Assembly (NCBI GenBank): GCA_028720145.1
Contig: JAQYLJ010000067.1
Span: 27,890 to 91,889 of the forward strand
Direction: 5' to 3'
Length of the DNA: 64,000 bases
Source: Clostridia bacterium
GTDB lineage: Bacteria; Bacillota; Clostridia; Oscillospirales; CAG-272
The position numbers and the translations under genes are program-made. A model generated the notes under the pieces. That model saw only the letters and a list, made by a program, of their open reading frames with translations. It made no database searches and had not been told where the DNA came from. The stretch's first letter is position 1, and the number at the start of each line of letters is the position of its first letter. Positions 8,248 through 17,864 of this stretch are shown here, piece after piece.

Positions 8248-10077
8248 ATGAATCCGCATCTGACGGAGTTGCGCCGAAAGGCGGCGGCACTCCCGCTCTG
8301 CCCCGGGGTCTATCTCATGAAAGACAAGGACGGGGTAATCATCTATGTCGGGAAGTCGCGGAAACTCAAAAATCGGGTGAGTTCCTATTTTCAGTCCGAC
8401 CGAAAAACCTATAAGACCGAGAAGATGGTTTCCCATGTCGCGGACTTTGACTACATCCTCTGCGACGGGGAGATGGAAGCCCTGACCCTCGAAAACACGC
8501 TGATTAAGAAATACACCCCGCGCTACAATATCCGTCTCAAAGACGCGAAGTCCTATCCCTATATCAAAGTGACCGCCGAGGACTATCCGCGGGTGGTGGT
8601 GACGCGGGAGCGAAAAGCCGACAGAGGGCGCTATTTCGGACCCTATTCCTCATCCGCCGCGGCGCATGAAGTCGCGGACACCGTGACGCGCATCTTCTCT
8701 CTGCCGACCTGCCGCCGCGTGTTTCCGCGGGACATCGGGCGTGAGCGCCCCTGCCTGTACGCGCAGATGAAGCGGTGTGTCGCCCCCTGCACGGGCGGGG
8801 TCACGCCCGACCGCTACCGTGCCCTGATTCGCGCCGCGGAAGGGGTGCTCGCGGGGAATCTAAGGGAGACCCGCGCGTCTCTCACCGCTTCGATGACCGA
8901 GGCGGCGGAGAGGGAACAGTTTGAACTTGCTGCCCATTACCGCGACTGCCTCGCCGCCCTGACCCGCCTCTCGGAGAAACAGAAAGTGGTGGGGGACGCG
9001 GACGAGAATCGCGATGTTCTCGCGCTCTGGCAGGACGACCTTTGCTCGGTGCTCGCGGTTTTGTCGGTAAGAGACGGGAAACTGCATGAGAAGCGGGAAT
9101 ATCTGCTCACCGATAACGCCCTCGAAGGCGAGGATTACTCGTCTCTCGTTTCCGCGTTTTACGAGACTCCCGACACGGTGCCGCCCGAGGTGCTGGTGTC
9201 CTTTGAAGAGGACGAGGAGACCGAGGGGGTGCTCTCACGGTATCTCTCCGAGCTTTCCGGACACCGCGTTGAGGTACGCACCCCGAAGAAGGGGAAGCTG
9301 AAAGCCCTCGTCGACATGGCGATGACCAACGCGAAAGAGCGCGCGGACCGCTACCGCGCCGAGACCGAGACCGAGGAAAAAGTGTTGGTGTCCCTCGCAC
9401 GCCTTTTGGGTCTGGAGGTGGTCCCCTCGCGCATTGAGGTGTACGATATCTCCGAAATCGGAGAGGAGTATATCACCGCAGGCATGATTGTCACGCGCGG
9501 CACCTCACTTCTCAGGAGCGATTATCGCACTTTTCGGATGAAGACCCTCACGGGGGTGGACGACTATGCCGCCATGCGGGAGACTCTCTCGCGTCGGCTC
9601 GCCCATATCGGGGACGGCAGTCCGTCGCTCGGGGAAATCCCCGACCTCATTCTTCTCGACGGAGGAGTCGGACAGGTGAATGCGGTCAAGGGGATTCTGG
9701 ACGGTTTTTCGGTAAAACCCCCCGTCTTTGGGCTGGTAAAAGACGATTTTCACAAGACAAGAGCGATTACCGACGGGGAGCGGGAGCTATCCATCGCGCG
9801 GGAACAAGAGGTCTATGTCTTTCTCTACCGCTTACAGGAAGAGGTACACCGCGTGGCGGTACGCGCCACAATGGGGGCGAAGCGCAAGACCCTGAAACGC
9901 TCTGCGCTCGAAGCCGTGCCGGGCATCGGACCCGCGAAGGCGAAGAGTATACTCGCCAAGATGAAGTTCTCATCTCTGAAAACCGCCTCGGTCGACGAGA
10001 TGGTGAAGGCGGGCATCGGAGAAAAGGACGCGGCACGCGTCTATGCGTATTATCATAAGGAGGACACCGCGCGATGA
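8248..10077 (+). CDS. uvrC: excinuclease ABC subunit C
   Basis: GIY-YIG N-terminus (PGVYLMKDKDGVIIYVGKSRKLKNRVSSYF), UVR domain, and C-terminal (HhH)2 (LEAVPGIGPAKAKSIL). The start is set at the ATG after GAGGAGGGAG. The track start at 8188 falls inside the predicted promoter. Confidence 0.93.
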   Translation: MNPHLTELRRKAAALPLCPGVYLMKDKDGVIIYVGKSRKLKNRVSSYFQSDRKTYKTEKMVSHVADFDYILCDGEMEALTLENTLIKKYTPRYNIRLKDAKSYPYIKVTAEDYPRVVVTRERKADRGRYFGPYSSSAAAHEVADTVTRIFSLPTCRRVFPRDIGRERPCLYAQMKRCVAPCTGGVTPDRYRALIRAAEGVLAGNLRETRASLTASMTEAAEREQFELAAHYRDCLAALTRLSEKQKVVGDADENRDVLALWQDDLCSVLAVLSVRDGKLHEKREYLLTDNALEGEDYSSLVSAFYETPDTVPPEVLVSFEEDEETEGVLSRYLSELSGHRVEVRTPKKGKLKALVDMAMTNAKERADRYRAETETEEKVLVSLARLLGLEVVPSRIEVYDISEIGEEYITAGMIVTRGTSLLRSDYRTFRMKTLTGVDDYAAMRETLSRRLAHIGDGSPSLGEIPDLILLDGGVGQVNAVKGILDGFSVKPPVFGLVKDDFHKTRAITDGERELSIAREQEVYVFLYRLQEEVHRVAVRATMGAKRKTLKRSALEAVPGIGPAKAKSILAKMKFSSLKTASVDEMVKAGIGEKDAARVYAYYHKEDTAR

Positions 10078-10676
10078 TGCGGATTATCACCGGGAAAGCA
10101 AAAGGGGTCCGTCTCGCGACCCTCGAAGGGATAGAGACACGCCCGACCTCCGAGCGCGTGAAAGAGGCGGTCTTTTCCTCTCTGCAATTTGAGATTGAGG
10201 GCAGGCGCGTGCTCGACCTCTTCGCGGGGAGCGGGCAGCTCGGACTGGAAGCCATGTCGCGAGGTGCCGAAACGGCTATGTTCGTGGACGCGAACCCCGA
10301 TGCCATGGAAATCGTCAAACAGAACGCACGGAAGTGCGGTTTTTTCCCCGCCTGCCGCTATCTGATCTCCGACTATCGCGCCTATGCCCGAAAAGCGGGT
10401 CGAGACGGGCAGTGGGATTTGATTTTCATCGACCCGCCGTACAAGCTCGGATGCGTCGGCGACGCGGTCAAACGGCTGCTCGATGCCGATGCGGCAGCAC
10501 CCGGGTGCATCTTTGTTTTAGAGAGCGGAGAACCCGAAGTTTTTCGGGACAACCCGGAACTCACATCCCGCTTTGAGGTACTGAAAACAGCACGTTACAG
10601 CATCACCTATATCACCGTATTGCGTTTGAAGGGAGAAGGACAGAATGAAGAAGGTGCTGATTCCGGGGACCTTTGA
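10074..10676 (+). CDS. rsmD: 16S rRNA (guanine966-N2)-methyltransferase RsmD
   Basis: MRIITGKAKG..L....G..TRPTSERVKEAVFSSL, SAM motif LDLFAGSGQLGLEA, and DPPY motif (FIDPPYK). ATGA overlap with the uvrC stop. Confidence 0.9.
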   Translation: MMRIITGKAKGVRLATLEGIETRPTSERVKEAVFSSLQFEIEGRRVLDLFAGSGQLGLEAMSRGAETAMFVDANPDAMEIVKQNARKCGFFPACRYLISDYRAYARKAGRDGQWDLIFIDPPYKLGCVGDAVKRLLDADAAAPGCIFVLESGEPEVFRDNPELTSRFEVLKTARYSITYITVLRLKGEGQNEEGADSGDL

Positions 10677-11133
10677 CCCGATTACGCGCGGACACATGGA
10701 TCTCATCAGACGCGCCGCGGTCGCATACGACGAGGTGACGGTCGGCATTTTCGTCAATCCGGACAAGACCTGCTTCTTCTCTCGGGAGGAACGGGAAGAG
10801 CTCATCCGTCTCGCCACCATGCATATCCCGCATATCCACGTGATTACCTCAGACGGCTATACCGCCGACTATGCGCGGGAGGGAGAGTACGCGGCGATCA
10901 TCCGCGGGTATCGGAACGAGTCCGACCTCGCCTACGAGACGCGGATGGCGGCGTATAACCGCGAGCGGGGCGGAGTGAACACCATTCTTTGGGAGACACC
11001 CGCCGACCTTGCCTCCGTCTCCTCTTCTGCCGTGCGGAAACGCCTGTCCGAGGGAAAGGATGTCTCGGATTTGGTTCCGCCCGAGATACTGGAAACACTC
11101 TCGGGGCTCATGCGGGAGAGAAACACCCGATAA
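10645..11133 (+). CDS. coaD: pantetheine-phosphate adenylyltransferase
   Basis: PGTFDPITRGHMDLIRRA (the T/HxGH motif) and 162 aa length. A terminator follows. Confidence 0.93.
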   Translation: MKKVLIPGTFDPITRGHMDLIRRAAVAYDEVTVGIFVNPDKTCFFSREEREELIRLATMHIPHIHVITSDGYTADYAREGEYAAIIRGYRNESDLAYETRMAAYNRERGGVNTILWETPADLASVSSSAVRKRLSEGKDVSDLVPPEILETLSGLMRERNTR

Positions 11134-11144
11134 CCCGAACAAGG

Positions 11145-11175
11145 TCGCCCACCTCCGTGGGCGGCTCTTTTTTTC
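11145..11175 (+). terminator. intrinsic terminator after coaD
   Basis: GTCGCCCAC-ctcc-GTGGGCGGC, followed by TCTTTTTTT. Confidence 0.8.
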
Positions 11176-11649
11176 GGTGAATAAAATGATCAAGTGTTGC
11201 GCATCCCTTGACAATTCACTTTTTGCCCGAGCACCCCTCGTGAAAAAGATGCTCGCACGGCGTCATAAAGGATGGCACGAAAAGCAGAAAGAAAACGAAA
11301 ATTGCCGCATCCCGATCAATTTCGACGGACATCCTTGCCAAATATCGTCCAAAACCCGTCTGAAGCCGAATGACGGATTTTTGCCGTTTTCGGCGGAGAG
11401 CCGACTCGGAAAAACAAGGGGTTTTTCGGGGGGTTTTTAGGGTTTTTGGCTAAGAACGCCATTTTTCCCATGTTTTTTACGGACAATCCGAAAATTGGGC
11501 TGCTTTTTCAAAAAACGGAGAAACCTCTTTGACGACGTTGCTTTTCAAGGTTTTGCCGGGGGGTTTTGAGAGATTTTCGGCATAAATCACGGCTTTTTTC
11601 ACTCAAACTAGGGCAAAACGGGCAAGACAAAACTTTTTTGCCGAAATGA

Positions 11650-11679
11650 TTGCAAAGAGGCGCTTTTTCATGATAGAAT
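11650..11679 (+). promoter_or_regulatory. promoter of the UPF0104-type membrane protein gene
   Basis: TTGCAA-18-TAGAAT with a TGa extension. Confidence 0.5.
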
Positions 11680-11739
11680 AAAGACAGTAATCGCCCGGCG
11701 ACACCGACCGGGCGAAAAACATGGGAAGGAGGTGCCGAG

Positions 11740-13083
11740 ATGCAGACTTCACCGAAGAGCAAGCAGAAGAAAAACAAGACCGAAAAGATGCTTTCCGCCC
11801 GTTCACAGTTTACCAGTATGCTGTTCGTATCTGCGATCCTTGCGGTCACCTTCATTTTCCTCTTTACCAATGTCAATAAGATCACAAAGACCGGCGGCGA
11901 GGATGTCGAGCTCGGAAGTCTCGCTTACGAGCACCTGAATTGGTTTTGGCTCATTCCTGCGCTCGCCTGCCTTGCCGTCTCCATCCTTGCCGAGGCAGTG
12001 AACCTCTGGCTCCTCTGTCGGAAAGTCGGGTTCCCCCGCACCTTGAAACAGACGACGGTCTATGCGTCCTCGGATATTTATTTCTCCGCGATTACCCCCT
12101 CCGCGACGGGCGGTCAGCCTGCGGCGGCGTACTACATGACCAAGAGCGGCGTGCCCCTGTCTCTCTCGACCGCGGTCCTGCTTCTGAATGTGACGCTGTA
12201 CACCATCGGGCTTCTGTTCGTTTCTCTGCTCGCGTTTATTCTGAAACCATCGTATTTCTTCAGTGACTTTTCCACTTCGCAAAAAGTGTTCGTTTTGGTG
12301 GGGATCGGGTTCCACGCGATTCTGATTGCCTTCTGTCTCATCTGTATGTTCTCCCGCCGATTCGTCTTCTGGCTCGGCGATGTGGCATTCGGTCTGCTCG
12401 CCAAACTGCATATCGTCAAGAATAAGGAAGAGCGCATCGCCGCGTTCCGCGCCTCGGTCGCGACCTACCGCGCCGCGCTCGCCATTGTGAAACAGCATAA
12501 GTGGTTGCTCCCCGCCCTCTTCTTTAACGCGGTATTGCAGCGTGTCGCGCTCGCTCCCATCACCTACTTTGTCTTTCTTGCGATGGGCGGCATGGGCGTC
12601 CCCTCGCTCTCGTTCCTCGATGTCTTTACGACCCAACTTTACTGCATCGTCGGTGCGTCGGCTCTTCCAACACCGGGCGGCGCGGGTCTCGCGGAGATTC
12701 TCTACATGGGGATTTTCTCCCGCAGTATGGGCGGTGTCGCGAACGCATCCTCGCTTTGTATGTTCTCTCTGCTTCTCTCCCGCGGGATTTCTTCCTATCT
12801 CGCCATTGTGGTCTGCGGGGTCATCACCATCGTCCACCACACCAAGATGAAACGCGCGGAGTTCCGTCGCCGCCAGGCGAATGTCGGGCTCGAACAGATT
12901 TACGGCGCGGACGACTCTGACGAAGAGACCGAAGTGACGAACGGGGAGACCACCGTTTCCCTCGCGTCCGACGACACGGCGACCGACCCCGAGACGACAC
13001 CCGAGACCGAAGCCATAACCGAGACCGCGACGACGCAGGAACCCGACGCAGGGGTCGAAGTCAAACGGGAAGACGAAAAGTAA
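11740..13083 (+). CDS. flippase-like / LPG-synthase-TM (UPF0104-type) polytopic membrane protein with an acidic T/E-rich C-terminal tail
   Basis: GGAAGGAGG RBS. There are about 8 hydrophobic segments and family-like motifs (SDIYFSAITPSATGGQPAAAYYM; GASALPTPGGAGLAEI). Confidence 0.6.
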   Translation: MQTSPKSKQKKNKTEKMLSARSQFTSMLFVSAILAVTFIFLFTNVNKITKTGGEDVELGSLAYEHLNWFWLIPALACLAVSILAEAVNLWLLCRKVGFPRTLKQTTVYASSDIYFSAITPSATGGQPAAAYYMTKSGVPLSLSTAVLLLNVTLYTIGLLFVSLLAFILKPSYFFSDFSTSQKVFVLVGIGFHAILIAFCLICMFSRRFVFWLGDVAFGLLAKLHIVKNKEERIAAFRASVATYRAALAIVKQHKWLLPALFFNAVLQRVALAPITYFVFLAMGGMGVPSLSFLDVFTTQLYCIVGASALPTPGGAGLAEILYMGIFSRSMGGVANASSLCMFSLLLSRGISSYLAIVVCGVITIVHHTKMKRAEFRRRQANVGLEQIYGADDSDEETEVTNGETTVSLASDDTATDPETTPETEAITETATTQEPDAGVEVKREDEK

Positions 13084-13142
13084 ATCGGAAAGCACTTGCT
13101 TATTTCCGCCGTTTCCTTTATAATGGGAGACGGCGGTTTTAT

Positions 13143-13832
13143 ATGCCATATCAAACAAAATGTGAGGACAGTATCTTGAAACGCATATTTTCCCTGATTC
13201 TTGCGTGTCTGCTCCTCGGGGCATTGGTTCTCGCTTTCGGCTCGTGCGGAAAGAAGAATGTCACCGTGGAGAACGATGTCGCCGTGGAGATTGTGGTGAA
13301 GGACTATGGGACCATCACCTTGGAACTATACCCGAAGATCGCACCGAAGACGGTCGAAAACTTTGTGAATTTGGCAAAAGCGGGTTTTTACGACGGACTG
13401 ATTTTCCATCGGGTGATTTTGGGCTTTATGATTCAGGGCGGCGACCCGCTCGGGAACGGTACGGGCGGCTCGGACAACAAGATTAAGGGCGAGTTCTCGG
13501 CGAATGGGGTAACGAACAACCTGAATCATACCCGCGGCGTGATTTCGATGGCGCGCGGCTCGTCCGCGTATGAGCAGTATATTCAGATGGGATATCCGGA
13601 ATCCATTTTCAGCGCCGACCAGTTGGCGGCACTCCGTCAGGGATATGATTCCGCCTCTTCCCAGTTCTTTATCGTCCACAAGGATTCTCCGCATCTCAAC
13701 GGCTACTATGCCGCGTTCGGGCAGGTGACTGCGGGCATGGAAGTGGTCGATGCCATCGCGGCGGTGGAGACAAATTCGAGCGACAAGCCGCTCGTCGATG
13801 TGGTGATTGAGACGATTCGCGTCGTAGAGTAA
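13143..13832 (+). CDS. cyclophilin-type peptidyl-prolyl cis-trans isomerase, predicted lipoprotein
   Basis: Signal peptide plus lipobox (LLLGALVLAFGSCGKK). Cyclophilin core is [22 protein letters not shown]...SQFFIV. The true start may be the TTG at 13176, after GAGGA. Confidence 0.85.
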   Translation: MPYQTKCEDSILKRIFSLILACLLLGALVLAFGSCGKKNVTVENDVAVEIVVKDYGTITLELYPKIAPKTVENFVNLAKAGFYDGLIFHRVILGFMIQGGDPLGNGTGGSDNKIKGEFSANGVTNNLNHTRGVISMARGSSAYEQYIQMGYPESIFSADQLAALRQGYDSASSQFFIVHKDSPHLNGYYAAFGQVTAGMEVVDAIAAVETNSSDKPLVDVVIETIRVVE

Positions 13833-13871
13833 AATCCTTCCCTCACAAGATAGTGAGAGAATCAAAACAAA

Positions 13872-13905
13872 AGCGCCTCTTCGGAAAGAGACGCTTTTTC
13901 TTTTT
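13872..13905. terminator. bidirectional terminator between the convergent cyclophilin genes
   Basis: AGCGCCTCTT-cgg-AAGAGACGCT, flanked by an A-run (5') and a T-run (3'). Confidence 0.7.
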
Positions 13906-13962
13906 GGGGTGTTGCATTTACTCGATATTTACCCTGTTTTTTGTTCTGCTTTGTCGTGCGGG

Positions 13963-14436
13963 TTACGCGAGATACATTTTTTTGATGACCTGCGGGGTGC
14001 GGGGTTTATCGCGCATATCGGTCGGGACACTCGCGATGCGGTCGACGATGTCCATGCCTTCTGTCACCCGTCCGAATGCCGCGTACTGCCCGTCGAGGTA
14101 GGGCGCGTCGGCGTGCATGATGAAGAACTGGGAGGATGCCGAGTTCGGATAGGAGGACCGCGCCATGGAGATGACGCCGCGCGTGTGTTTCAGCGTGTTG
14201 TCGGCGAAGCCGTTCGCCGCAAATTCACCGGGGATGGTCTCGTCCGAGCCGCCCATCCCGTTCCCGAGCGGGTCGCCGCCCTGAATCATGAAGCCCGCAA
14301 TCACCCGATGAAAGGTCAGTCCGTCATAGAACCCCTCTTTGACGAGTTTCTCAAAATTGGCGACCGTCTTGGGGGCATAAGCGGGATAGAGTTCGAGGTG
14401 GATTTCTCCCCCGTTTTCCATTTCAATAACAACCAT
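13963..14436 (-). CDS. cyclophilin-type peptidyl-prolyl cis-trans isomerase (cytoplasmic)
   Basis: [18 protein letters not shown]...[22 protein letters not shown]...SQFFIMH. The start is set at the ATG after AAGGAG. The upstream extension to 14496 in the track is unlikely. Confidence 0.9.
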   Translation of the reverse strand: MVVIEMENGGEIHLELYPAYAPKTVANFEKLVKEGFYDGLTFHRVIAGFMIQGGDPLGNGMGGSDETIPGEFAANGFADNTLKHTRGVISMARSSYPNSASSQFFIMHADAPYLDGQYAAFGRVTEGMDIVDRIASVPTDMRDKPRTPQVIKKMYLA

Positions 14437-14573
14437 GATTTTCTCCTTTGGGCGCCCCGAAGACTTGCTTTCGCATGAGGGGCACTCTTTGCTCATATAC
14501 TATCGTAAAATGCACCTGCTGTCAAGAAAAAGCACGACGAACCGCAAAGGAAACGCGCGAGGGGAGAGCCACC

Positions 14574-15713
14574 ATGAAGAAACACACGCCGAATGCCCGC
14601 GACCTCGCGGCGATTCTCATCTGTTGCTCGTTTCTGATTCTGGCGGGGTGGCTGTTCCTCAAATACCTGTTCGCGATTTTCGTCCCGTTTCTTCTCGCGT
14701 GGGGGCTGGCGTTTCTCGTCCGCCCGCTCGCACGGAAAGTCGGGGGCGGGACCCGCATCCCCGAGCGTGTTTTACGGCTGATGTTCGCGGTCGCCCTGTT
14801 TCTCGCGGTCGGGGTAGCCGTCTGGCTGACGGGTGCGAGACTGGTGGCGGAACTCAAAAAACTGCTCGCCGCCTTGACCGCCGCGGGGGAGGGAGACCTC
14901 ATCGACGGGATTCTCTCTCGGTTCCCCTCGCTCCAAGGGGGACAGGCGGGGGCGTATTTCACGCGCCTTTTGCGGGAGGGTGCCGCGTCACTCGCCTCGC
15001 ATCTTCCGACGCTCCTTTCGCATCTGATGTCGGGTTTGCCGCATGCCCTCATCGCGTTCACGGTCACGCTCATCGCCTCGGTCTATTTTTGCCTGGATCT
15101 CGAACGCATCCATCGAGCGCTTCTGAGAATCCTGCCGTCACGGGTGCGGGCGTGGTTCTTGCAATGCAAGGGCGGAGTGTTTCGGGTGGGGAGTTTGTAC
15201 CTGAAATCTTATCTGACCCTCATGGGTGTCACTTTCCTCGAAATGCTTTTGGGGCTCGCGCTTTTGCGGGTCGAATACACGCTCCTGCTCGCGGCGGTCG
15301 TCGCCCTCGTAGACTTTTTCCCCGTCCTCGGCGTGGGGACGGTGCTGGTGCCGTGGAGCATCTGGTGCTTCGTATCCGCAAATCCCGGGCGGGGTATGGG
15401 GCTACTCGTTTTATGGGGGATCTCGCTTGTCGTGCGGCAGTTCTTGGAGCCGCACCTCATCGGGCACGGACTGGGGATCCATCCCTGCCTGACCCTCTTC
15501 GCCATGTATGCGGGTCTCAACCTGTTCGGGCTGACAGGCATGATGATCGGACCCGCGTTCGCCGCGCTGGTCTGCGCGTGGCTGCCCGCATTTTTCGGCG
15601 GCGGCAAATACAAAAGCGAAAGCGAGGACGAGACTCGCGAGCAAGCCACACCGCCCGCAGAAGAACCCTCATCGCCCGTGAAAGAGACAAAAATCGGGGA
15701 GCATCCCCGATAA
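14574..15713 (+). CDS. AI-2E family transporter (YtvI/PerM-like permease)
   Basis: Polytopic membrane protein with an AI-2E-like layout (FVPFLLAWGLAFLVRP...; FFPVLGVGTVLVPW). The ATG at 14574 follows GAGGGGAG. Confidence 0.75.
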   Translation: MKKHTPNARDLAAILICCSFLILAGWLFLKYLFAIFVPFLLAWGLAFLVRPLARKVGGGTRIPERVLRLMFAVALFLAVGVAVWLTGARLVAELKKLLAALTAAGEGDLIDGILSRFPSLQGGQAGAYFTRLLREGAASLASHLPTLLSHLMSGLPHALIAFTVTLIASVYFCLDLERIHRALLRILPSRVRAWFLQCKGGVFRVGSLYLKSYLTLMGVTFLEMLLGLALLRVEYTLLLAAVVALVDFFPVLGVGTVLVPWSIWCFVSANPGRGMGLLVLWGISLVVRQFLEPHLIGHGLGIHPCLTLFAMYAGLNLFGLTGMMIGPAFAALVCAWLPAFFGGGKYKSESEDETREQATPPAEEPSSPVKETKIGEHPR

Positions 15714-15765
15714 ATAAAAAACAAAACACCGATGCAAACGCATCGGTGTTTTCGTCGAACACGAC

Positions 15766-15951
15766 TTACGCGCGCTCGATCTTCCCGGAACGCAGGCAGC
15801 GGGAGCAAACATACACGGTTTTGGGCGTGCCGTTCACAATCGCCTTCACCCGACGGATGTTGGGCTTCCAGGTTCTGTTGGTCTTGCGGTGGGAGTGGGA
15901 GACGGTGTTACCGAACACCATGCCTTTGCCGCAAACATCACACTTTGCCAT
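15766..15951 (-). CDS. rpmB: 50S ribosomal protein L28
   Basis: 61 aa: MAKCDVCGKGMVFGNTVSHSHRKTNRTWKPNIRRVKAIVNGTPKTVYVCSRCLRSGKIERA. AGGAGG RBS. Confidence 0.95.
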   Translation of the reverse strand: MAKCDVCGKGMVFGNTVSHSHRKTNRTWKPNIRRVKAIVNGTPKTVYVCSRCLRSGKIERA

Positions 15952-16032
15952 CTGAAACACCTCCTGAAGCATTCGCGCCCCAAAAGGCGCCAATCGTATA
16001 TAAAATGATATAAAATCCAAGTCGCGTCCCTT

Positions 16033-16061
16033 ATTCTATCATAATGAATCTGAAAATGCAA
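16033..16061 (-). promoter_or_regulatory. promoter of rpmB
   Basis: The minus strand reads TTGCAT-17-TAGAAT. The leader to the ATG is about 75 nt. Confidence 0.6.
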
Positions 16062-16843
16062 TACTTTTGGACAAATATTTTTTCGGGGGCACACGGGCGG
16101 CATAATGCCATGATAGAATCGATCGGTCAGACACGCCGCTCGCCCCGCGCCCGGTTTCCGACGCGCGTCGCCCTCGCCTCGCGTAAGCCGCGCCCGCTGT
16201 ATGAAACCATTGCGAAGCGGTCAAAAGACACACAGCTCGCCGCGGGCGACACAACCGAAGACGGAAGAGACAAGAGACGGGGGCACGGAGAGGGCGAGAA
16301 CAGAACGGTCAGCCGTTAGAAATTATGAGACCTTATACAGAGAGAAAGACAAGAGATGATGACGCAAAAATTAACGGAATTAAAAAGTTGCGAAAATTAA
16401 ACTGTATTTTCTGCCTTATTCGGAATAATATCTCAGTAAAACAGTGATTGATTCGGAAAATACTTCCGAAAGTCTGTTTCAAAATTCAGATAATAGTATG
16501 TAATTTTTACAATCAATCAGCGCGATTGCCTTTTTGAAAAAACGGCTGTATGTAAATAATTTAATACAATCATTTTGACCTTTATTCGGGTGTTTTTCGT
16601 TTCATAGGACGGCGGTGGCGACGGGAAATCCCCCGACGGACACCGAACAGCGGAGGCACGCAAGGCGAGGAGAGAAGGAAGGCTCCCGGACGGAGAAAAT
16701 GCGTCACAGGGGAGACACGACGGCGGGAGAACGCGGCGGAGAGACCCCATCGCGGATGGCACAGAGCTGGTTGATCCTTCTGAGAAAGACCTGTTTTTCC
16801 CCCGTTTTTCGCGGATTTCCCGCCGATTCTCACGCGCGCGCCC

Positions 16844-16872
16844 TTGCATTTGCCTAAAATATTTGTTAAAAT
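16844..16872 (+). promoter_or_regulatory. promoter of the 16906 hypothetical gene
   Basis: TTGCAT-17-TAAAAT. Confidence 0.55.
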
Positions 16873-16905
16873 AGAAAAAGTCAATGAAAGAGGGAGTGTT
16901 CCTGT

Positions 16906-17853
16906 ATGTCGAAATCCTCATTTGCCAAGACTTATGAAGATGTGCAAGCCCATATCCGTACCCTTATCGAGCGGCTCGCGGAAGACGAGGAGTACCGTGC
17001 GCTCGAAGAGCGCGCCCGCGCGGCGGGGTATGCCCTGACCGTGACCCACCGCTATACGACGAGCCAGGAGTTCGCCGCCGACTTTGTTCCGCTCTCGGAC
17101 GAGGAGGGGAAGCTCCCGCACGGATTCGCGGCGGAGATTTGGTTCGACCTCAACCGCGGGGACAAGGTGCTCGCATTTTGCGATGACGACGGAAATGTGA
17201 CGCAGTGCAGTTATTCCATGACGGTCGCCAGCGCAGAGAGCTATTTCCTCTTCACCCGTGTTCGCCTGTATTCCTATGAAGAGATGATGCGGAAGAATCA
17301 GCTCATCGCGATCCTCGGAGACGACCTCGACGGCTTGGAGACCTACGGTGCCGCTGCGTCGCCGTTTACCCGCGACGCCATGACCCCGCTCGCCCCGCGC
17401 GGTGAAGAGGGTCTTATCCGCGGGATTGCCGCCGTCGGAGAGGGCTCGTATGTGGAGATCATTCCGACCGAGGACGACCATGAGACCGGGCATGAGAATG
17501 CCTGTTACTTCTCGACAGATGCATTTCTCCCGTACCGCATGATTCTTCTGTCGATCGTCGGCGCGGAGCGCTTGGATAGCGGCACCTCGCTGACCTTGGA
17601 TGCGGAGGAGACCGAGCGGTTCCTCGCCGCGCTCGAAGAGGCGGAGGAGGCGATTCATTCGGTCGATTCCTTCTCGGACGCGCTCTCGGACACCTGGGGG
17701 CTGACTTCGTTCGCACCCCCGCCGCGTCTCGAAAGTTGTCTCAATCGTCTGACCCTCTTACGGTCGGATGCATTCCTCTCCGACTGTGCGGATTTGGCGG
17801 CGTATCTCACCTCCGTGGGAGATGGCGCGCCCATCGTGACATTCATCTGGTAA
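16906..17853 (+). CDS. hypothetical acidic protein
   Basis: 315-aa ORF with a GAGGGAG RBS and its own TTGCAT-17-TAAAAT promoter. No recognisable motifs. Confidence 0.6.
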   Translation: MSKSSFAKTYEDVQAHIRTLIERLAEDEEYRALEERARAAGYALTVTHRYTTSQEFAADFVPLSDEEGKLPHGFAAEIWFDLNRGDKVLAFCDDDGNVTQCSYSMTVASAESYFLFTRVRLYSYEEMMRKNQLIAILGDDLDGLETYGAAASPFTRDAMTPLAPRGEEGLIRGIAAVGEGSYVEIIPTEDDHETGHENACYFSTDAFLPYRMILLSIVGAERLDSGTSLTLDAEETERFLAALEEAEEAIHSVDSFSDALSDTWGLTSFAPPPRLESCLNRLTLLRSDAFLSDCADLAAYLTSVGDGAPIVTFIW

Positions 17854-17864
17854 AGGAGTTATTT

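Noticed and set aside
14435-15955. 506-aa plus-strand ORF overlapping the AI-2E permease gene in another frame
   Set aside because: The sequence is Arg/Pro/Gly-rich nonsense. The alternative frame (14574-15713) gives a coherent polytopic membrane protein.
16044-16319. 91-aa ORF in the rpmB-upstream gap
   Set aside because: It is Arg/Gly/Glu-rich low-complexity sequence with no RBS, and it overlaps the rpmB promoter. It is unlikely to be coding.
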